This document shows positions 16,345-22,016 of a stretch of 22,016 nt of DNA, piece by piece. The notes below the pieces were generated by a model. The model did not search any database, had not been told where the DNA came from, and was given only the letters and a program-made list of their open reading frames with translations. Origin of the DNA: a virus; the UHGV virus genome UHGV-1354680; one strand, written 5' to 3'. Each line of letters starts with the position of its first letter. Within the stretch, counting starts at the first letter, position 1. The position numbers and the translations under genes were made by a program.

Positions 16345-17616
16345 TTACGGATTACCGAAGAACTGACCGCCCATGTGAGGGTTAAAGCACACATATGCAG
16401 GCAGTAAGTCGAAGCGCATTTTTTGCACGTTGGCATCGCCATCTGCGTATTTATGTACGCGGATGGAGAAACCTTCATATGTTGCAACAGCAGAATCAAT
16501 ACTGTGCAGTTTCGGCAGTGGGATAGAGCCAAGTCCACAGAAGAACTTGTTATAGAACAGGTTTGGCTTCATTGTCTGGCTAGCAGTGCCTACTACAGAT
16601 ACGGCATCGCCTGCCTCTACCTGACGACTTACAGAGTTGTACTGCGGGTTTGTAGTGTCATAAATCGGAACACCAGAAAGCGTAACCGTCACATCGCCAC
16701 TGCTGTCTGAATTAGCATCAGCAGTAACCGTTGCAGTGAAGCTAATTGGTGTGGCTCCGTTATACAACGCCTGTTTGGTCTGCTGTTGCAGCCAGTAGGT
16801 ATTGGTGAATTTGACCTGATCACCAGCTTTCAGAAAACCTGTAACGCTGGCTGTCGCTCCGGTCAATGTTACAGTGAACTGGTATGAGTCTTTAACTGCG
16901 TTATAGGTAACAGTTGGCTGTGTTTTGACTGTCAGTGTTCCGCCAAATGCCCCCTGCGTACGAGAGGCAAGCCCATTAGACATCAGTGCGCGAATGCCGC
17001 CAAAATTGGTTGGGATCTGTGCGTTCTCCCATGCAGTACGAACCAATTGATCTGAAGCATGCAAACCAGTCTGCGCATCAGCAAGTCGCTGTGCAGACCA
17101 TGGATCCATTACAGCATAGTTTTCACCTTCATTAACGCCGAGGTCTTTCAGGAAAGATGCCGTCTGCGCAACATCAGACCATTTGGTGATTGGAGTATTG
17201 GGGCTACCAAGTGACAACGCACCGTTATTCATCATGAAGTGAGCAAGCTCTGTTTCAAGGTCGGTAACGATTCGCTGGCGAACCGGCGCGAGAATTTCTT
17301 CCAGCTGGTTAAGCTTGATCGCTTCCTCCAGTTGCTGATATTCAACAGCAACAGTGATGTAGTTACCTACACGCCCCGTAGCTTTACCTGAGATCAGGTT
17401 GTTTTTATTTTGCCCTGAAATATCACCAGTGGGAGTACGGAGGGATGAGAATTGATGCGGACGTTTAAAGCTAACGCTATCGCCAGTGCTGGAGTTGATT
17501 TCACCTGCCAGCAACTGACGGTCTACGGTTTTCGCCAGAACTAAATCTGACATAAAACCCGGAAGGAATTTTTTCAGAACGATTTGACTGACGTTACTGT
17601 CGAGATTGTTAGGCAT
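16345..17616 (-). CDS. major capsid (coat) protein
   Basis: 423 aa, directly downstream of the scaffold and portal genes; AAGGA SD; followed by a strong terminator hairpin, as expected for the most abundant virion protein. Assigned by synteny and size. Confidence 0.75.
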   Translation of the reverse strand: MPNNLDSNVSQIVLKKFLPGFMSDLVLAKTVDRQLLAGEINSSTGDSVSFKRPHQFSSLRTPTGDISGQNKNNLISGKATGRVGNYITVAVEYQQLEEAIKLNQLEEILAPVRQRIVTDLETELAHFMMNNGALSLGSPNTPITKWSDVAQTASFLKDLGVNEGENYAVMDPWSAQRLADAQTGLHASDQLVRTAWENAQIPTNFGGIRALMSNGLASRTQGAFGGTLTVKTQPTVTYNAVKDSYQFTVTLTGATASVTGFLKAGDQVKFTNTYWLQQQTKQALYNGATPISFTATVTADANSDSSGDVTVTLSGVPIYDTTNPQYNSVSRQVEAGDAVSVVGTASQTMKPNLFYNKFFCGLGSIPLPKLHSIDSAVATYEGFSIRVHKYADGDANVQKMRFDLLPAYVCFNPHMGGQFFGNP

Positions 17617-17627
17617 TTATCTTTTCC

Positions 17628-18512
17628 TTATTCGATTTTTGCGCCGGGGCATAATTTGTTGAATTCGTCTTGTTTCGCATCAGCACCGCCACCACGTACT
17701 TCCGGCTCTGGCTTGATGGCTTTCTTTGGTTTTGGAGCAAGGCTTACCTGTTTGCTAATCTGCCCCAAGAGGAATGCTGCGCGAATTGGATCTGTCTCAG
17801 CGGCTACACGCTGGCGTAATTGCTGGCTCTTACCTAAGCCATAGGCGAGTAGTTCAGAGCCTTCGTCTGCACAGTGAATGATGATTTCCTGCTGAATTGG
17901 TGGTAGCTCACTAAGAACAATGGCTTCCATTTCCTGATAATCTTTCACAGGAAGTTTGGCTGCCCGTTGTTTATGCGCTTCTACCCTTTGCTGGAAACGC
18001 TGCTGGTATTCCTGTTGCTGACGTAGTTTTTGTTGCTGCTGCTGTTCGACACGGCCTTTTTTCTCATGCCAATCAGTCAATGCCTGTTCAAACGCCTGTT
18101 CGTCATAATCACACGACTCAAGAGTCGGTTTTGGTGGAATAGCGTCTGGTTGTGGTTGCTGATGTTCCGCTGGCTTGGCTAATGCTTCCTCAAGCTGGCG
18201 GCGCAACTCACGGTTTTCTTTCTGTGTTTCTTTGAAGCCTTTGCGAAGATCTTTCACCCATTGCGGTGCAGGTTGCCCGTCAATGTGATCATCATCGTCA
18301 GCGTTAAGCTGAATTTCTTCATCACCAATACGCAAGGCGTAATCTTCTGGTGTCTCTTCGGTTTTTTCAGGCTCAGTTGCCACCTCTTTACCGTTGTCAT
18401 CCTGGCTTTCATTCTCAGGCTGTGACTCTGTTTGGATGATGGTTTCTTCTGCATTTTCCTGTGTTTCAGACAGGTCAATAACCTGACCGTCGATGATCAG
18501 TTCGTTTTCCAT
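17628..18512 (-). CDS. scaffolding protein (positional assignment)
   Basis: 294 aa between portal and coat; very acidic N-terminus, Q/R/E-rich predicted coiled coil (EQQQQQKLRQQQEYQQRFQQRVEAHKQR), basic C-terminal tail. AGGAG SD 7 nt upstream. Confidence 0.6.
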   Translation of the reverse strand: MENELIIDGQVIDLSETQENAEETIIQTESQPENESQDDNGKEVATEPEKTEETPEDYALRIGDEEIQLNADDDDHIDGQPAPQWVKDLRKGFKETQKENRELRRQLEEALAKPAEHQQPQPDAIPPKPTLESCDYDEQAFEQALTDWHEKKGRVEQQQQQKLRQQQEYQQRFQQRVEAHKQRAAKLPVKDYQEMEAIVLSELPPIQQEIIIHCADEGSELLAYGLGKSQQLRQRVAAETDPIRAAFLLGQISKQVSLAPKPKKAIKPEPEVRGGGADAKQDEFNKLCPGAKIE

Positions 18513-18525
18513 TGATTACTCCTGG

Positions 18526-20652
18526 TTAACTCGGCATTAAGTCTGCCGGTGACTGTGGTGGTGACTGGAATTGCTGTTGTTGTGACTCGGCGACATCTTT
18601 CAGAAGGCGTATTGCCTCCATCACTGCTTTGTCATCGATGTTTCTGGCTTGAGCCAGTTTATAGACAGTGTTTGCCTGACTCTCCATCGCATCCTGCTGG
18701 GCAGTAAATGCTTTGATTTGAGTTTGAGCAGTTTCGTTAGTTGCTTTTTGCGCTTCTGCCTGCGCTGCTACCATTTGCGCCTGAGCGAGAACCATTTCAG
18801 GATTTGGCTGGCTTTGTGCTGCCATTTGCGCCTGTTGAACAATCTGCTGCTCTTTCTCATTGCGTGGTTTTGCAATACCAGATATCAGCAGTTGGTTTCG
18901 GTTGTACTCTTTGAAGTCATCAAGGCCTTCGCCATCGATATTGTCCAGAATAATACCCTGAATTGCCGGGCGCATTGGGTCTGTTGGAAGCATAGAGCTA
19001 AGGACATTTGTCAGTACAGAAACCGTTGCATCACGTCGTGCTGTGTAGCTTGGTCCAACATCAACCGTCACATCGTATCGACCGACAGAAAGGTCATTTA
19101 ACGCAACAACAGCCCCTGTTTGCCTGTCAACAACCTGTGCGCTCATGACAGCGATATCATCACTTCCATCTTCGTTAACGATGCGCACTTCACGTTCTGA
19201 ACCGTACACTTCACGCGCCATTGACAGCCATACTTCACCAGCGCGTTTAAGACTTTTCGCCATATTGTCCAGATAGATAAACGAAGCCATATCTGCTCTG
19301 TTCATCAAGTTGTTAACCGTTTCCTGAGCAATATTACTTGGCATCTGCTGCATGGCCTGACTGCCGCCTGTAACCTCCTGAATATCTGCACTGGTTTGCT
19401 GTAGTAATGCAGCCAATGCCTGATTCATAACCGCAGGCTGTGTATATCCTGCCGGGGTAGCTCCAGCGATAATGTTGCCAGATTTATCTCTCACTTCGCG
19501 CAACGGCAAGAACGCTGGGCGTTTCTTGTTACGAGCCTCCCAGTGCTTCTCAAGTCCACGAATTTGCTCCATGCCAACTATAGGGATCTGACCGGGGTCT
19601 TGCGCTGCAGTATCAGCCAGCATTGATACCTGAAGGTTATACAAACGCTGTGGATCCATTGCTTTTGCAATGTGCCCTTCGACACGCTCAATGTCATCAA
19701 TGAACCAGCGTTTTCCATAAACCGGGATGAGGGGGATATGTTCACCAGGAATACGTCGAGGTTTCTCAAGGAAACCATCACCATCCACTACGGATACATA
19801 CACACGACGGCGCTTCACTGAGCGCCTTGCCACTTCATGAAATCCAGCTATTGCCAGTTCATCTTCAATATCTTCAACCTGATCACTGTCGTATGTTGCA
19901 ATCTCTCCAGTGATTGGATGTCGATAACTGATGACGTCAACAGACTCTTTACGAACTTCGTAATACTTCGCTATGTAAATAACATCTGCATCAAACCAGT
20001 CATATTCCCAACTGGTCATAGACGTTACGTCCAGAGAAGCAGGAGGTTTCTTTCCGTATTCAGCCTCATATTTTTCAGGTGACAACGAATACATGCAGAA
20101 CGCCCACAACGCGTCAGATTTGTCGTACTTCTTAGCGTCAGGGTCAAACCACACAGAGCGCGACGGGTCGTATATTGGTTCAATAGCAATACGCTGACGA
20201 TCGTCCATGGGGTCGAATTCATTGACCAGCATCGACGTCAAACGGAAGCAACCGAAACCACCGGTAGCAGCGTCGTCAAATGCATTATCGCAAGCCTCAC
20301 CGCCATCAGTTTCTTCGTAGTCAGCACGGAACAGACCATTTAATTTATTGGCTAACTCTTCGCTTGCCTCTCTGTCACCAGGACGAAACTTAACAGTGAT
20401 TCTGTTATTGCGGTATTCTGCAATGATGCGGTTAAGTTCAGTTGCTACCTTATTGATTTCAAACTTAGGATACTTCTCGAACTGCTCATCAAGCTTAGTT
20501 CCAGCCGCCGTTGCTCCTTCCCATTGACCTCCGGGGACACGAGCAAACCTCGTAGCTTCAATGCACTTTTCGCGCACTTCCTGCTGTGGAGAATAGGCGC
20601 GGTCAAACCTGAGCATGATCCGCTCATGTTTTTTCTCTAATGTCTCTGCCAT
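18526..20652 (-). CDS. portal protein (P22 gp1-like)
   Basis: Segment VARRSVKRRRVYVSVVDGDGFLEKPRRIPGEHIPLIPVYGKRWF matches the remembered P22 portal region (IAERQIKRRRVYKS…AGEHIPIVPVFGEWGF); Q/A-rich C-terminal tail. Start set at the ATG at 20652, 2 nt after the terminase stop; the track start at 20724 would overlap terminase by 70 nt. Confidence 0.85.
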   Translation of the reverse strand: MAETLEKKHERIMLRFDRAYSPQQEVREKCIEATRFARVPGGQWEGATAAGTKLDEQFEKYPKFEINKVATELNRIIAEYRNNRITVKFRPGDREASEELANKLNGLFRADYEETDGGEACDNAFDDAATGGFGCFRLTSMLVNEFDPMDDRQRIAIEPIYDPSRSVWFDPDAKKYDKSDALWAFCMYSLSPEKYEAEYGKKPPASLDVTSMTSWEYDWFDADVIYIAKYYEVRKESVDVISYRHPITGEIATYDSDQVEDIEDELAIAGFHEVARRSVKRRRVYVSVVDGDGFLEKPRRIPGEHIPLIPVYGKRWFIDDIERVEGHIAKAMDPQRLYNLQVSMLADTAAQDPGQIPIVGMEQIRGLEKHWEARNKKRPAFLPLREVRDKSGNIIAGATPAGYTQPAVMNQALAALLQQTSADIQEVTGGSQAMQQMPSNIAQETVNNLMNRADMASFIYLDNMAKSLKRAGEVWLSMAREVYGSEREVRIVNEDGSDDIAVMSAQVVDRQTGAVVALNDLSVGRYDVTVDVGPSYTARRDATVSVLTNVLSSMLPTDPMRPAIQGIILDNIDGEGLDDFKEYNRNQLLISGIAKPRNEKEQQIVQQAQMAAQSQPNPEMVLAQAQMVAAQAEAQKATNETAQTQIKAFTAQQDAMESQANTVYKLAQARNIDDKAVMEAIRLLKDVAESQQQQFQSPPQSPADLMPS

Positions 20653-20654
20653 GT

Positions 20655-22016
20655 TTACCAACCGGAGGATGAGGGAACGTATATTTCTGTTTCTTCGCGG
20701 ACCAATGCCGGGCAATGCATACACATCATCAGCGCATCAGCCAGGTTAGGAGATGGGATACCGAGCTTCTGCTTCATTTCGACCTTAGTCATAAGCTCCA
20801 GCTTCCCGTTATTATTGAATTTGCGCTGAATCTGCGTCAGTTCTGCAAACAGCTTCTCCAGCATCTTCTCGCCTATCGCTTCTTTGTCGAAGCTCAGCAT
20901 GTCGTCGGGGTCTGCATACTCACCGTGGACAACCGCCCGATATGTCAGATACAGCCTGTCAGCCAGCGCGTAATAGAATTGCGCTCGCTTATTGCGGAAT
21001 ACATCGCCAATAGTGCGAACGTTGTCGCCCTGTACGACTTCATCAGCCCATGCTCCGGCCTGATAAGGCGCATCTTCATCGAATGGCGATTCGCTGCCCT
21101 TGAACATCGTAGCGGTAATTTTCTTGCCGGAGAATGCTTCCGTTGTCTGTCTGCGTAGCCCTGCACCGACACCATCGCCATCCCACAGGTAATGGTCAGC
21201 GCCGTCTTCAATCGCCAGCGAAGTAGCCCAGTCAGCACCCTCGTTGATGTCCATCAGCAGACCTTCGGCAATGCGCTTAACTACCGAACCGTGACGCGAT
21301 GCATAACCTTTAGCATCTGGCCCTGTATCTGACGGGTCATGTGCAGAAACAACAGCGCCTTTCGCTTTCCATCCGAGTTTCTTGTGCGCATCGGTTGCAG
21401 CTTCAAGCCATTCACGTTTGATGATTGCCATATCACTTGCGCTTACCGGCTCACCCAGCCAGATGTGACGATACAGTGTCGGATTTCTGCGTTTGCACTC
21501 TTCCATCTCCAGACGGAGAACTTCAGGAAAGTGCGGGTTGTCGGTGTAGTTCACCGTCAGCAGACAAATATCATCAGGAGGATTTACGACGAATCGCTGA
21601 TAGGTATCGTCGAGGATGTTCTTCGGGTTAAAGCTCACCCATATTTCAGAGAACGGCTTACGGATGGTTGGAATCAGGATATCCCATGATTCCTTCGTTA
21701 CCGCTTCCGCTTCTTCCACCCAGCAGATATCAATGCCTTCGAGCGATTTAATCTTCGTCGGGTTGTTTTTGATGCCATAGAACATGAATTCAGCATTCGT
21801 TCCGAGATGACGGATCATTGAACGCTGAATTTCAAACTCAGCCGAATACCCTTCCCGCTCTATGGTGTCTTCAAGCAACCGGATTACCGAATCGCTGATA
21901 CTGTTTTGCAGTTCACGAGCGCAGAGAATACGCACAGGCTGCCGACGCGCCGCTTCAACAAGTAGCCTCGCAATTGCCCATGACTTACCGCTACCTCGAC
22001 CGCCTTTGGCGACTTT
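20655..22016 (-). CDS. terminase large subunit, partial (N-terminus beyond the window edge)
   Basis: The frame stays open to the window edge and encodes KVAKGGRGSGKSWAIARLL… (Walker A GxxxxGKS at about 21981-22004). The track M at 21935 is a GTG inside the frame. C-terminal nuclease region is acidic. Confidence 0.9.
   Translation of the reverse strand, partial: KVAKGGRGSGKSWAIARLLVEAARRQPVRILCARELQNSISDSVIRLLEDTIEREGYSAEFEIQRSMIRHLGTNAEFMFYGIKNNPTKIKSLEGIDICWVEEAEAVTKESWDILIPTIRKPFSEIWVSFNPKNILDDTYQRFVVNPPDDICLLTVNYTDNPHFPEVLRLEMEECKRRNPTLYRHIWLGEPVSASDMAIIKREWLEAATDAHKKLGWKAKGAVVSAHDPSDTGPDAKGYASRHGSVVKRIAEGLLMDINEGADWATSLAIEDGADHYLWDGDGVGAGLRRQTTEAFSGKKITATMFKGSESPFDEDAPYQAGAWADEVVQGDNVRTIGDVFRNKRAQFYYALADRLYLTYRAVVHGEYADPDDMLSFDKEAIGEKMLEKLFAELTQIQRKFNNNGKLELMTKVEMKQKLGIPSPNLADALMMCMHCPALVREETEIYVPSSSGW

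Larger units (their letters stand above)
4352..22016. mobile_element. P22-family (Sf6-like) prophage integrated at the argW 3' end; partial, continues beyond the window
   Basis: An integrase directly follows the tRNA, then a colinear late-gene block: tailspike, ejection proteins, tail needle, gp10, gp4, coat, scaffold, portal, terminase. The exact attL core cannot be set without attR. Confidence 0.85.

Noticed and set aside
18649-19101. 150-aa plus-strand ORF antisense to the portal gene
   Set aside because: Low-complexity C/L/R-rich translation with no SD, fully embedded in a well-supported gene. The same applies to the antisense ORFs at 10192-10689, 13065-13442, 13443-13790, 3559-3960 and 3683-4012.
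20653-20724. Track start for the portal protein at 20724
   Set aside because: It would overlap the terminase 3' end by 70 nt. The ATG at 20652 lies 2 nt after the terminase stop, and MAETLEKK… is a typical portal start.
1-22016. CRISPR arrays, IS elements, rRNA
   Set aside because: No regularly spaced direct repeats, terminal inverted repeats with a transposase, or rRNA-like sequence were seen by eye.

Overview
The window covers the edge of a conserved enterobacterial chromosomal segment (yfcZ, fadL, mlaA/vacJ, yfdC, tRNA-Arg argW; E. coli/Shigella-like by gene order) and the first ~17.7 kb of a P22-family prophage integrated at argW, which runs off the right edge. After a P4-type integrase comes a ~0.7 kb cargo slot, then a complete late morphogenesis block on the minus strand: tailspike, three ejection proteins, gp14-like, tail needle, gp10-like, gp4-like, a small ORF, coat, scaffold, portal and the 3' part of large terminase. 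The gene complement looks Sf6-like (423-aa coat, 282-aa tail needle, extra small gene after coat), but that rests on remembered sizes. The most interesting locus is the cargo slot (5671-6399): a minus-strand gene encoding a UmuD'-like protein that begins at the residue equivalent to the UmuD cleavage site, lacks the S24 serine nucleophile motif, is preceded by a CTGT-N8-ACAG LexA box, and is interrupted by an in-frame TAG after which UmuD-like sequence continues. Phage P1 HumD is a remembered precedent for a phage UmuD' analogue, so the class is not new; the serine loss, the amber codon and the location are the points to test. Two short hydrophobic ORFs with good Shine-Dalgarno sequences flank the tailspike gene on the plus strand. 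All homology statements come from reading the translations against remembered sequences; no database search was run.
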